Shown piece by piece: positions 13,049-26,533 of a stretch of 51,388 bases of DNA. A program made the position numbers and the translations under genes. The DNA is from Octopus bimaculoides (Eukaryota): positions 62,618,754 to 62,670,141 of the forward strand of contig NC_068988.1 in NCBI RefSeq assembly GCF_001194135.2, read 5' to 3'. Position 1 is the stretch's first letter. Each line of letters starts with the position of its first letter. The notes under the pieces are model-generated. The model did no database searches and was not told the origin of the DNA. It was given only the letters and a program-made list of their open reading frames with translations.

Positions 13049-14037
13049 CAGTCGACAGACAGACAGAGATATACATAGATAGAAGGAGAGATAGAGAGAG
13101 AGACGGATAGATAGAGCGGTCAAAGGCTATCTGTGTGTATATGCATACGTGCGTCTCTCTGAAAACCTTTTTGTCTGTGAGTGTGCGAGCGCGTTCATGT
13201 CTGTGTGTCGCATCAAGATTTATGCAAATCAAATTAGCTCCAACAGGATATATTTCACACTTGCGAAAATATAGACAGACATACCAAATTTTAAACGAGA
13301 ATTCTACATCGTCGCTCATACACATATACTTGCGTCCGTGTGCATTGACGATGTATTTTATGATTGCTAATGCGAATGCGTGTATATATATGTTTCTGTG
13401 TGTACGTATGTATACGGAACACGTGTGTGAAAGGGTGGGTTTGAATGGTTTCAACTTGGGAGATTTATTTTGTAAGGATGAAATGGTTTTTCATTGAATG
13501 CGTATCATGAGGAAAATCAATATTGCTTTTGAATTGACTATAATTCAGAATTTTTAACTACATAATCCCATATAGTTTTTATTAAGAAAGAAATTTCCCA
13601 TGACATGATGGAAAAATCGGTTTAAAAATTTTGCTATCAATGGTGACATGAAGCACATTAATATTAAAGAAGAAAAGGCGATGAAAATTCAAGTCAGACG
13701 TAACATATTTAAATGTATTTGTTCCTGTAGTATCCATCTACTCCAAAATTAAATTCTAAGAGACACGCATCACCTGACCAAGGCTATAAAATGATTTTAT
13801 TGATAACTCATTTCGAAGGATCAAATAAAAGAGAAATCTCACAAGGAATGTTTTAAGTTGGTAAACAAGTTTATCTAAATCAGCATGGCGTAAACATTTT
13901 CAGGATGGCATCGAAGTTTAACGACTGAGCAGAGTGAAGGAAGGAGAAAATCAAAGCAGAAATAATCAGTTAATTTGCAATTTAAAATTCTTTGACGCGA
14001 TCATTGAATATTAATTTCGAAGCAATGTATACAAGCA

Positions 14038-14100
14038 TGTATGTATGTATGTATGTATGTATGTATGTATGTATGTATGTATGTATGTATGCATGTATGT
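14038..14100. repeat. (TATG)n microsatellite
   Basis: Direct reading. Confidence 0.95.
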
Positions 14101-14579
14101 ATCTATGCATGTATGTGTGCATGTACGTATCTATGTATGTGTGTGTATGCATGCGTGTATGTATACACATACACGAACACACACACATGCACACAGAAAC
14201 ACGTAATCACGTGCATGTACCCATACTCAGTCGCTCAAGTTAATACACATATGCATATACATTCACAAACATATAAATACATAAGCATATATAAGATATA
14301 TTTATATTATATATATATATATATATATATATNNNNNNNNNNNNNNNNNNNNNNNNNNNNNNNNNNNNNNNNNNNNNNNNNNNNNNNNNNNNNNNNNNNN
14401 NNNNNNNNNNNNNNNNNNNNNNNNNNNNNNNNNNNNNNNNNNNNNNNNNNNNNNNNNNNNNNNNNNNNNNNNNNNNNNNNNNNNNNNNNNNNNNNNNNNN
14501 NNNNNNNNNNNNNNNNNNNNNNNNNNNNNNNNNNNNNNNNNNNNNNNNNNNNNNNNNNNNNNNNNNNNNNNNNNNNNNN

Positions 14580-14612
<33 letters not shown>

Positions 14613-16251
14613 ATATAAATATATCTTATATATGCTTATGTATTTATATGTTTGTGAATGTATATGCATATGTGTATATAAACGCATACATACACATATA
14701 CAAATACATACACATGCGCACACATGCACACAGACATCCGCCTATATATTATTCCATTTTCCTGGAATACGAACAGTAAAAAGGGTTGCATAAGGATTCG
14801 GTTATGCTGTATAACATAGAGAATGTTGTATAACATAGAGAACGTTGCCACTTGTATGTACAAGTGTGTCTAGCTTACAATCGCAATCTTAGAAGGTCAT
14901 TTTGTTTAACCGCCTGTAGTGTGTCACACTCACTATCAGGCAGTATGAAATTGTTTTTCTCAAACACAATATTTTTCTCGTTGTTAATAAAAAAAAATCG
15001 ATATGTGCCTGTTTATCTTCATCCATTGTTAGAGTCAGCAAGCAAAACATCTATATTGTTATGTATGGCTAGAAATATTATCGACGTCTAAAGGCACTAG
15101 ATTGCATTCGTTACTTAGCATTTTTATGGCGTATTGAGAAAGGCTTCTGACCACGTTGCTTCTCTATGACCTTCGAGGCAAGGAACGCTTTGTTATAAAC
15201 TGGACACGTGGTTATCTTCTTACAGCAAGGCTGCATCCGCTAAACGCACATAAAACCAGATGTTGTTGAGGAAAAGGTCGGTGGATTATGTCAACCACTG
15301 AGATTGAATTACGCTTAAATATAACTAGACATACATAGCTAGGTTGTTTTATCCCTTTGTTAGGTACAGCAGTAACTCAATCGTCGTTTATGAATTGTTT
15401 ATGAAGGCTACCAGGAAAGTTATGCCATTCATGAAAATGTCGTGCTTGTGTGTTTGTCTACATTATGTGTAAGTGTGCGTGCGTTTGTTTGTGTATGTGT
15501 ATGTGGTCTGTGTTTGTGCGCGCGTGAGTATGTGCCCACGTTTGTAAATTCGGGACAAAATTACCAACTTCTAAATATCTGTTTACAGGTTATATATATA
15601 TATATNNNNNNNNNNNNNNNNNNNNNNNNNNNNNNNNNNNNNNNNNNNNNNNNNNNNNNNNNNNNNNNNNNNNNNNNNNNNNNNNNNNNNNNNNNNNNNN
15701 NNNNNNNNNNNNNNNNNNNNNNNNNNNNNNNNNNNNNNNNNNNNNNNNNNNNNNNNNNNNNNNNNNNNNNNNNNNNNNNNNNNNNNNNNNNNNNNNNNNN
15801 NNNNNNNNNNNNNNNNNNNNNNNNNNNNNNNNNNNNNNNNNNNNNNNNNNNNNNNNNNNNNNNNNNNNNNNNNNNNNNNNNNNNNNNNNNNNNNNNNNNN
15901 NNNNNNNNNNNNNNNNNNNNNNNNNNNNNNNNNNNNNNNNNNNNNNNNNNNNNNNNNNNNNNNNNNNNNNNNNNNNNNNNNNNNNNNNNNNNNNNNNNNN
16001 NNNNNNNNNNNNNNNNNNNNNNNNNNNNNNNNNNNNNNNNNNNNNNNNNNNNNNNNNNNNNNNNNNNNNNNNNNNNNNNNNNNNNNNNNNNNNNNNNNNN
16101 NNNNNNNNNNNNNNNNNNNNNNNNNNNNNNNNNNNNNNNNNNNNNNNNNNNNNNNNNNNNNNNNNNNNNNNNNNNNNNNNNNNNNNNNNNNNNNNNNNNN
16201 NNNNNNNNNNNNNNNNNNNNNNNNNNNNNNNNACATAGATATGCATTACTT

Positions 16252-16550
16252 GCTTCAGTTATCTAACAACGGCCAAGCTAGGGCACAACCTTGAAGAGTT
16301 TTAGTTGAATAAATTGACTAATTTTTTTTGAAGACTAGTAATTAACGCTTGGCTACCTTTCACCGAACCACTAAGTAACTGAGGACATAAACACACCAAC
16401 AGCGATTGTCACGCAGTGATGAGGGACAAAAAGAAACGTAGAAAGGCACAGACATATTTTCCAAATCCACTCGTAACGATTGGGTCAGCCCGAGGGCTGT
16501 AGTTGAAGACGCTTCTCATAGGTGCAACGCAATAGAACTGAAACCGGGAA
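16252..16550 (-). mobile_element. Degenerate SINE family A
   Basis: GAACCACTAAGT...GGACATAAACACACCAACA and CCAAATCCACTC...GGTCAGCCCGAGG...GAAGACGCTT...GAACTGAAACCGGG match 7343-7785. Confidence 0.7.
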
Positions 16551-16565
16551 TATATATACATATTA

Positions 16566-16598
<33 letters not shown>

Positions 16599-16981
16599 CT
16601 TGATATTTTTGTATGATTTTTCGTATATGTTCGATATAAAGATATCCAATTATGAAATGGTCTCCGCACAAAAACAGTGCCGTCTAAGGTGTCAATCCAT
16701 TAATGCCTCAACTAAGTATATGAGCTCTTTGGTTTTACATAACATTTAACTTGCTTTTATCTTGAGATGCTCTTTTCAATTCATGCTCTCGAACCATGGT
16801 GATAATCATGTTAATGTGTTTCATATTTAGACGTTATCGCTGAGATACATAAACCGCGTGAGTTAATTTCGACAATACTCATGGGATCGTCTATTTCTAG
16901 GCATCAACATTCATGTGTATGTGTGTATGCTTGTGTGAGTATATATTTCTGCGTGTGCGTGCGCGCGCGTCTGTGTACGTG

Positions 16982-17014
<33 letters not shown>

Positions 17015-17135
17015 ATGTATTTATGTATATAAGTATGTATATTATATGTATATATATTCCATGTATGTAAGTGTGTATAAATTTATGCGGGTGGGTGTGT
17101 GTGTGTGTGTGTGTGCGTCTTTGTGCTTGCATATT

Positions 17136-17482
17136 CTTTCATTCTTTTATTCTTTCAGTCATTTTTAATGCGCCCTGCCTTTAGTAGAGCAAATCGACCG
17201 AAGACTTATTCTTTTTAAGCCTAGTGCTTATTCTATTGGTCTCTTTTGTTGAACCACTACGTTACGGTGACGTAACCACACCAAGGCTGCTTATCAAGCG
17301 ATGGTGGGGAACAAACACAGACACACAAATACATACACACACGCACACACATGTATATACGACAGGCTTCTTTCGGTTACCGTCTACCATAACCTCTCAC
17401 AAGGCTTGGTCGGCCTGAGGTGCCAAGCGGTGTGATTGAACCCGGAACCATTTGGTTGGTAAGCAAGCCACGCCTGCACCCG
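17136..17482 (-). mobile_element. SINE family A with a short internal deletion at an AGG microhomology
   Basis: GCCTTTAGTAGAGCAAATCGACC...TACGACAGGCTTCTTTC...GAACCCGGAACCATTTGGTTGGTAAGCAAG aligns to 7343-7785. Confidence 0.88.
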
Positions 17483-17627
17483 TATATATNNNNNNNNNNN
17501 NNNNNNNNNNNNNNNNNNNNNNNNNNNNNNNNNNNNNNNNNNNNNNNNNNNNNNNNNNNNNNNNNNNNNNNNNNNNNNNNNNNNNNNNNNNNNNNNNNNN
17601 NNNNNNNNNNNNNNNNNNNNNNNNNNN

Positions 17628-17666
<39 letters not shown>

Positions 17667-17895
17667 AATATAGATAGATAGATAGATATCTAGCTAGATA
17701 GCTAGCTACATAGATAGATAGGTAGATACATACATACATACATACATACATACATACATACATACATACATACATACATACATAGACAGACAGACAGACA
17801 GACAGACAAACATACATACATATATATAGATTGATGGATGGATGGATGGATGGACGGACGGACGGACGGACGGATGGATGGATGCATGGATGGAT
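17628..17895. repeat. Compound microsatellite (TG)n-(TAGA)n-(TACA)n-(GACA)n-(GGAT)n-(GGAC)n
   Basis: Direct reading. Confidence 0.95.
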
Positions 17896-18139
17896 ATATA
17901 TTGAATGTCTTAAGCTACTTCATTCAAATTCTACAAAATACTGTAAAATGATGTTCTAAGCATGCCATACGTTTGCGAAATACTCAGTAGCAACTCGCAG
18001 AAATATTTTCTCGCTGTCTTTAAAGAAATTTCAGATGTGTACCGTAGTTGAATTTGGGATGTGAATTTGCCTATTCACATCATTTTCTTAGAAAATCGAT
18101 AAAAATACACAATGTGTTTGGAGTCAAGAATGACTTTGA

Positions 18140-18316
18140 TGGCTTAGCTGTACTTTGCCCATCCTTACGTTCTGAACTCAAAACTTACCAAAGTTGACTT
18201 TGCCATCTATCCTTTTTGGATTCAATAAAATAAGTATATGTTAAGCACTGGAGTCGATGTAATCAACTTACGCCCTTTAAATTTCAGGTCTTGTGCCTAT
18301 AGAAAAAAGGATTATT
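18140..18316 (+). mobile_element. Degenerate SINE family B
   Basis: TACGTTCTGAACTCAAA...AGTTGACTTTGCCATCTATCC...TAAGTA...ACTGGAGTCGATGTAATC resembles the reverse complement of 24741-24906. Confidence 0.7.
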
Positions 18317-19800
18317 TTTGACGTTGTTATATTTCGTACTATCAGTGACAAATGCTGTTCCAGTCATTGCTATTCAGATATTTTTGTGTGAGAATTACTT
18401 TATAGCTATGCTTTATTTTGTGGCAGAAAAAGGTGTGGCTGTTATTTCTATTCGGCCGAGGCAACACGTGGGGGCTCTTCTGAAATGTAGCGTTAATTAA
18501 ACATGTTAACTAAACATTAAATGAGTGCATTGGTAAAAATATGAAATTATAAAAGTGAGAAATGAATCAATAACTTATCCCTATTGAATAACACATTGAA
18601 GAAGCATTCATTATTTCTTTCTCTACCCGAAATATATGGATGGCCAAGTTGTTTGTTTTAATTGGTACTGGTCTAAATATATATTCAGTTCATGCATACG
18701 CTTGGAAATACGAAAACAGAAGTATGAAAATGGTGCTCGTAATTAAATTGATCCTCATTTGAATACTTAATTAGTAGTTGACTAAATTAATTGATAACGA
18801 TATTGCAGAAAGAATCATAGATTTGCTTCCAGTTTTAAAGTAGATATCTCTATTCCTTCTACTCAATTCCTTCTACTCTATTGAATATATTGATCTGTAA
18901 TAAATGTATTATTTAATGAGAAATTAAGTAATGCTGTGTTACATCATTTGATTGAATTGCTATATATCATAAAGGAAATTAATTATTTTCGAAACTAACT
19001 ACAAGCGAAAAGTAAATATGATGATATCCCATGTGTTAAATCAATATTTATAACGTTACGTTACGATACGTTTAAATTGTATATGATGATGTACAATTGT
19101 ATAACTTGTGAATTCTAGATAACGAACTCTTTTCCAATGTAATTTGCTCACATCATACTAACCATTACATTTAATACTCTCCTAAGGAGCAACGTGGCAA
19201 TATGCAAACCTATTCATTAAATTCTAATGTAATTTGTCCTAATTATATAATTTCTCCATTATTTCAAGGAAGATCTATACATTGTTATGCTGTTTATTCA
19301 ATTGAAGCGAATTGAAACGGATTTCTACAGAATATTACAGGCTCACTTTTGATTACCTACTTCCATGACACAACACCTTTCCAGATTTAACGAGAAAACC
19401 TGTATGCAGTAGTTCAAATTGAAAGATGAAGATTCAGGTTGCATAAACTCCGTGAACTTATGTATTTAAAAGTAGATGGTGGCATCCAATAACACATTTT
19501 TGTTTGTATAGAGACTGAAAAAATATAAATTCAAGATAGCACGACTATTCTGGGGATAAACACAGACAAACACCAAAATATAATGTGGGAGATTAGCGGA
19601 GCTACAAAATGGGAATGCATTAAATATTGACAAATATTTCTAAATCTTAATATTTCACCCCGTTTGGGTGGGCGCTGCTCTCAAGCGAGGTAGCTCAAAG
19701 AGTAACTGTGGATGAAGCGTGAGTTGATAAGATTTTATTTCCATTTTACGCTTCTCTAGGAAATTGACAACTTCAGTCTCTCGAAACGGGTACAGGGTAG

Positions 19801-19948
19801 AATGATGACGTAGGTAACAATGTAGAAAAAGAAACGAAAGGTGAATACGGGCAAGAAGAAGAAGAAAATGAAAAGGAAGAAGAAGAAGAAGAAGAAGAAG
19901 AAGAAGAAGAAGAAGAAGAAGAAGAAGAAGAAGAAGAAGAAGAAGAAG

Positions 19949-19980
<32 letters not shown>

Positions 19981-19995
19981 CTTGACGACGACGAC

Positions 19996-20047
<52 letters not shown>

Positions 20048-20130
20048 TTGACCATAACAATGGTGATGATGACGATAACAATGATGACGATGATGATGAT
20101 GAAACGGAGGAAGTAGAAGGAGCATTTTGA
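19801..20130 (+). repeat. Compound (GAA)n-(CAA)n-(GAC/GAT)n tract forming a stop-free 109-codon acidic frame without ATG
   Basis: Frame reads NDDVGNNVEKETKGEYGQEEEENEK-E25-Q10-L-D21-VDHNNGDDDDNNDDDDDDETEEVEGAF*. Confidence 0.85.
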
Positions 20131-20346
20131 AATTCTTATACTGTTAGTGTCCAACGAGAGAAGAGCAGGTATGTGTACAAGCTGATCTCGAGCGATTTCT
20201 ACGAACAGAAGCTTCAAACACTTACAGACAGGGTCTCACCCCATCACTTAAATTGATATATTTATATTATATTATCGATCTGAGGAAGAAAGATTAACTA
20301 AACTTCGTGGATTAAATTCAGATGAGAATTATCCATAATAAATATA

Positions 20347-20673
20347 ATGAACTGCTCAAACTATTCTGCGAATTCCTTACCTACATATCGAACACAAGTG
20401 GTTGTTACTGGTGGAATACACTTGTTCTTAGGTTCACGCGATCGACCCATGTCTGTTGAGCGTCAACAGGTAAGATTTCATTCATGTGTATTATTTTAAG
20501 ATGTATTTTGACAGTAATATCTTTGTATTAATGCAATTCAGGAGATTGAATTGGCTTCAGATATTATATGGTTAACAAGGAGATTTCGTATTCCATCATG
20601 GTTTCTATTAATTATAGATTCAATATACAATTCCTTATCGATAAACATGTCTCTCACCACTGCACAGAGCTAA
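20347..20673 (+). CDS. Candidate 2-exon 84-aa ORF of unknown function (exons 20347-20469 and 20542-20673, 72-nt GT-AG intron)
   Basis: ATG at 20347; donor CAG|GTAAGA; acceptor AATTCAG|G; frame stays open to TAA 20671-20673; AATAAA at 20677-20682; no homolog recognised. Confidence 0.25.
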
Positions 20674-23600
20674 GGAAATAAACATTTCACTTCTATAAAT
20701 AATTGTTCCACTGGTGCTCTAAGTAAGAATGCCGTCTTGACGCAGGACAAACGCATAACTCAATTTTAATTTCAAGTATCATCATTCCTTTGGGATAAAT
20801 GATGCATTATACTGAATCAGAATTATTGTTAGGTTGATTGAGAAAGACATAGATATAATTATTTAATTGAGTAGAAGTGTATATCCATAACGAGATAAGT
20901 TCTACTCATTTTAATAACAATGATGATGTAAAACGTATTTTGGGACCCCCATTACAATTTTGATTGTTAAAATTGAAAATCGGAACCTATACATTGTAAA
21001 GCATGTAAGACCGTCCCTGGCACTCCGTCGGTTACAGAGTTAATAGCGCTTTGATATTTATCTAACATAAAAAAAAATCAAGATTGCAGATTCGCAGAAT
21101 ATTTGGATTTGGCTTTCAATGGTTCTATGTTTGAATCATGCTGGGATTGAGTTTGTCATCTAACTCTAATAAAAACAAATAAACAAAGTTCATGGCTTCG
21201 ACAAGTTCAGACAAATTGACTACATGATTCTTTTACACATTTCTAGCCTTCTGCGAAAATGAGAAATAAATATTAACTTTTATATCTTCACAGTATTAAA
21301 TGAGTTTGATGTGTTGCGTACAGTAAGCCCCTCCGTGCGGCTGTGTCTATGTGGATGTATGTGTGTGAGTGAATATTTGTCTTTATTTGATTAGTGCACA
21401 TTTAAATATACGTTTGAAACTATTGATTTCTCTTTCATTAGGTAAGAGACTAGAGAAGGGGAGATCTGGAAATAGATTAACATTTATTGTGTATATATTA
21501 ATTCCCTGATACATATATTGAGCTATATATTTACTGAAGAGAGGAGAGACGTACAAGTTATAAACACGATGTATTTAGTAAGATTATTCATCAGAAAATC
21601 ATATATTGAAATATATTACAAGTAGAATGATATATTTTTATTTCAGCGCGTCTGTACAGCAGAAAAATCTGTCAACAACCAGCTGTAAGGGCTTTATCCC
21701 ATATATGCTGTTCTATCAGTACTTACGCGTTTCTTTCTACTTGTACTAAAATACATTTCAGCGCTTCAAAAACGAACTTATGTTTGTTTAGATATGACGT
21801 AATTTCTATTGAAATATATATTTGTATGCACGCGCGAGTGTGTGTGAGCGATCGTATGCATGCGCATCTGTATGTGTGAGTGTATATAAACGTGTGCACG
21901 CCTGTGCGCACACGTTCACATATTTTTGCATGTGTGTATAAAGCAGTTTCCGCTCAATTAAGGCATGGAGAAAATGCTCTACTTTTTTTGCAAATGAAAA
22001 ATTAATATTGGTTTTACATATCGGATTGCTTTAAACTTATATTCGAGTGAAATTGTATTGAAGATGTAAACTATATCTATTTTAGGTGTATTACGAATAT
22101 ATCACGGATGTCTAATTCTCTTGAATGGGTGTCATCTTAATCAATCATATTACTATCCTACTTCTACATTATCATATATTACTATATTACTACTTGGAAA
22201 GAGGCGCATCAATGAGAGAAGCTAAATATGGCCATTCGATATGCTAGATATATCAATCTCTTGCAATTCAGGATTACACCCGGTAAGGGGATACAACACA
22301 CTTTGGATAACGTAGTTGTTAAAGACTCAAAGAAAACTATTAGATTTAAAACCTTTCATAGTAACTAAAAGTTGTCGCTGAGACAAAACGTAGCCATGGA
22401 AAAGAAAAGTTCCACGTGATAAAAATCGTTTTCTTTGGAGCATAATCTCGTGTTATATTTCCAAGTCAATAAAGATAGCATTAGTCTAAGCCTGGATAAG
22501 TTCTTCTACTGGCCCACACATTAAACCTTAAACTAATTTTCTGCCTATTATTACACTGCATTTTCTTTAACGAAAATTCACGTGATAGAAAATGTATACC
22601 AGCATATCTGAAAAGCAAAATATTACTCAACCCTTCGCTGGAATATATTCGATTACATATTTATTCATTCAGGTTTGACATGGGACCTAAAATAACAACA
22701 GCATCATTAACAAACGATTTTTTTTTCAAATATTTTATTTGCAGACACATAATAGTTTAAGTTATATTTGAAGACAAGTAATATGTAATTTAAGTGGAAT
22801 TATCTAAAAATTACATATGAAGAAACAAAAATGAAATTTTATTTCAAATTATCATATCTAATATCATTTCGGAATTTCTAAAACTGAACAACTGTGAATG
22901 AACCACAATATTTTATTCTCTGAAACGACTTGCTGTTATTTTATTTTGCATAACTTTGATATTTTAGTAACAATCGTATTTATACTAAATATGAATACAT
23001 ACGTTTTAATTCTATTCTAATTTTGCCGAACTGTACAAAAATGTGTAAATTTCTTATTCATAGACGAACAGTGATTATGCATTTAAAAGAAGCGATGGAA
23101 GTCTCATATTAATAATTTCTCCTGTGAAATTATTTTCATAAATCTTCATACATAATGGTGTACAGTAGACAATAACAGGTTGATTTCTTTTAAGAAACAT
23201 TAGACAATATAATGTAATTATTTATCATTTACGAACATAAAAGAAACAAGATGATAAAATTATTTAAATCTCCGACAGAAAATTTTCAATAATTTGAATT
23301 TGACTTTGATATAATATTCTATATAGCGAAAGAAATTTTGCCTAAAATCTACTAATAAATATATTTAATCTAATTGGATATTGATTAGAGTATAATAGAT
23401 GACTTTCATCGGAATTCGTTTTTGGAAACATTCAGCAAGTTAGAAGAATTAAAATATTTTAATTAAAATATGATAGGACATTTGGGAAACAGAGTGCATA
23501 CATGAATAATATTGATTTTCCTCAGCTAGACACAGGTCAGTTTTGCTGAACGACAGGTACAATCAATTTAATCGAAAATATGTTTATATTCTTCAATTGT

Positions 23601-24429
23601 GTCTAGATAATTAATGTTTTCTAAACACAAACCATTTGTAGAGACAGGAAAGAATTACCAAAGTGATCGAAACTAAACGAAATTTCGATTATTAAATGAG
23701 AATTTTGCAATTCACATGTTTCTATTTTATACAAGACAGTGTTTCTAAAGTCAGCTAATGGTTAGTTATTATGAATTAGATAATTTTGGGGTTAGGTAAG
23801 AAGTAATAATTCATTTTTTGAATTTGGCACAAGATTATATTTTAATACAAAAGTGTTACTGTTGATTCACAGGTAAAGTAGCACAAATGGAGAGAAGGGA
23901 ATATGAAAGGGCAGTTGGTCAAAGCATGAGGTTAAAATAGGCGAAAAGAAATTCAGAAGTTTGGTGGGTAAAATGTAAAACACACAAAAAATAATTAACG
24001 GGAAACGTTGTGTACAGGGAATTGTGTGCAGAATAAAGAAGCAAAAGGAAAAGAAATGGATTTTCTTTTCGGGTGAACCATATATCACAGTGGAGTAAGG
24101 GAGAAATAAATAGATGAATAAATAAATAAATAAAGAAAGAAAGAAAGAAAATGTGATGTGCGTATTTTTCCATTACACACTGTAGATGAATGATATGGCT
24201 TAAATTAGTGCAACTTTATTTTTCATCGACACCGGACGAATAAAAACAAATAGGAAGCATAATCAGATATGAAAACACAAGTAGTAGCAAATATGTTTTG
24301 CATCATATCTCATGTCGGACATGGAGCCAGAGAGTATATATGTAGATATACAAAAAACGATAAACGTCGCCCCCTTCAAAGCCTAGCCAGGCTCGGTTTC
24401 CAATTGCAACGTTACTCAAGAAACAAAGA

Positions 24430-24498
24430 GTGAGAGAAAGTTGGGACGAAAGAGCACAACAACCCCTGTTGTGCTCTTTCGTCCCAACTTTCTCTCAC
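24430..24498. repeat. Perfect hairpin: 32-bp arms, 5-nt loop (ACCCC)
   Basis: GTGAGAGAAAGTTGGGACGAAAGAGCACAACA / TGTTGTGCTCTTTCGTCCCAACTTTCTCTCAC are exact reverse complements. Confidence 0.97.
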
Positions 24499-24617
24499 CC
24501 CGAAATGATGAAAGGCAAGGGTGACCTCAGCGGAATTTGAATTCCGAACGTAAGGAATAACGAAATACCACTTAGCATTTCGCCCAGCGTGCTAACGTTT
24601 CTGCCAGCTCGCCGCCT
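24497..24617 (-). mobile_element. tRNA-derived SINE family B, 5' portion
   Basis: Minus strand AGGCGGCGAGCTGGCAGAAACGTTAG (A-box-like) and GGAATTCAAATTCC (B-box-like). Confidence 0.88.
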
Positions 24618-24740
24618 TATATTATAGATCTGTTCTACTTNNNNNNNNNNNNNNNNNNNNNNNNNNNNNNNNNNNNNNNNNNNNNNNNNNNNNNNNNNNN
24701 NNNNNNNNNNNNNNNNNNNNNNNNNNNNNNNNNNNNNNNN

Positions 24741-24906
24741 GTCGATTAGATCGACCCCACTACACAACTGGTATTTAATTTATCGACTCCGAAACGATGA
24801 AAGGCAAAGTCAACCACGGCGGAATTTGAAATCAGAACATAAAAACAGACAAAATACCACAAAGCACTTCGCCCAGAGTGCTAACGTTTCTGCCAGCTCC
24901 CCGCGT
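24741..24906 (-). mobile_element. Second SINE family B copy in tandem across a gap
   Basis: Same motifs; visibly diverged from 24497-24617, so not a simple assembly duplicate. Confidence 0.85.
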
Positions 24907-25394
24907 TATATATAAATATTAAAGAACAGTGTGATCCAGTTTGAAATTCGTCTGTAAAATACGAAAACTTTTCGTCATACAATTTGTAAAGATACATGAT
25001 AACAGATTTATTTATACGAATTTTTTTTTAATAAAATCCCTATTTTACTTAGATTTCATTCAAAAGATTTCTGAGATATAATCATAATTATCTTATTGCT
25101 AATCATTTTCGCCTCATTCTTTGCATAACGTAATATATCTAATACCTTAATACCCCTATGAAAGAAACTGACGTACTATGATATAACAACAACTACTATT
25201 GTTGTTATTGCTACTATTAATATTAATGAGGTGGGTATGATAGCAAATGAAGATAAAGTAATTGTGTTGTTAACGACAATAATATTAAAAATTGCAATAA
25301 TAAAATTATAAAGAAATAACATATTGAAAAGTACCCTTTATTAATGAAAATAATTATTCGTAGTAATGCTGTTGGTAATATGTCAACAGTAGTA

Positions 25395-25428
25395 GTAGTA
25401 GTAGTAGTAGTACTACTACTACTACTAC
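25395..25428. repeat. Microsatellite strand-switch palindrome (GTA)n|(TAC)n, 17-bp arms
   Basis: GTAGTAGTAGTAGTAGT|ACTACTACTACTACTAC. Confidence 0.9.
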
Positions 25429-25592
25429 CAGTCGTAGTAGTAGTAATAGTAGTAGTTGTAGTGTTATCAACAAAGCCCTTCAATGTTACTTATAAGTCGT
25501 TTAGCATTTCATGCAGGAATGAAATGTATTCTGTGCATACATACATGAGTATGTATGCTCAGAATACATATACATGCATATCATATATACAT

Positions 25593-25625
<33 letters not shown>

Positions 25626-26055
25626 CATATATATATACATATATATNNNNNNNNNNNNNNNNNNNNNNNNNNNNNNNNNNNNNNNNNNNNNNNNNNNNNN
25701 NNNNNNNNNNNNNNNNNNNNNNNNNNNNNNNNNNNNNNNNNNNNNNNNNNNNNNNNNNNNNNNNNNNNNNNNNNNNNNNNNNNNNNNNNNNNNNNNNNNN
25801 NNNNNNNNNNNNNNNNNNNNNNNNNNNNNNNNNNNNNNNNNNNNNNNNNNNNNNNNNNNNNNNNNNNNNNNNNNNNNNNNNNNNNNNNNNNNNNNNNNNN
25901 NNNNNNNNNNNNNNNNNNNNNNNNNNNNNNNNNNNNNNNNNNNNNNNNNNNNNNNNNNNNNNNNNNNNNNNNNNNNNNNNNNNNNNNNNNNNNNNNNNNN
26001 NNNNNNNNNNNNNNNNNNNNNNNNNNNNNNNNNNACATGCATATCATATATACAT

Positions 26056-26118
<63 letters not shown>

Positions 26119-26496
26119 CACGCACATATATGAACAACGCATATGTTTATATGAATGTATATATGGATAACATTATACTTGCACATTAACCGAAGCAAAA
26201 TGGAAGCATGCAATGCAGAGAATTTCGCTTTTTGATTTTGAGTTTTTTTAACAGGAAACATTCAAATAAAAAAAAAAAAATTAAAAACAACACACTTGAT
26301 ACTCATATTAATAAGAAAATTTTGTGAAATAGTCGTGTGACATTTTTACATTGCACGCTTCCTTTGATGTAAATTGGAGATAACTAAGAAAACCGCATAG
26401 ATTCACAGAACGCACCGCACGCACACATAAATGTATGTACATGCTTATATACATACATACATTAATATATACATATATATACACACATTTATATGC

Positions 26497-26533
<37 letters not shown>

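Noticed and set aside
19841-20116. Poly-K/N/M ORF and the minus-strand poly-L/F/S/H ORFs over the same repeat
   Set aside because: Alternative-frame readings of the same trinucleotide runs
22270-22300. Possible 11-nt micro-exon TTCAG|GATTACACCCG|GTAAGG
   Set aside because: Splice-like motifs alone with no supporting context; too frequent by chance
25572-26100. Direct duplication CATGCATATCATATATACATACACAC... flanking a gap
   Set aside because: Low complexity, near-identical and gap-adjacent; likely artefact or simple tandem array
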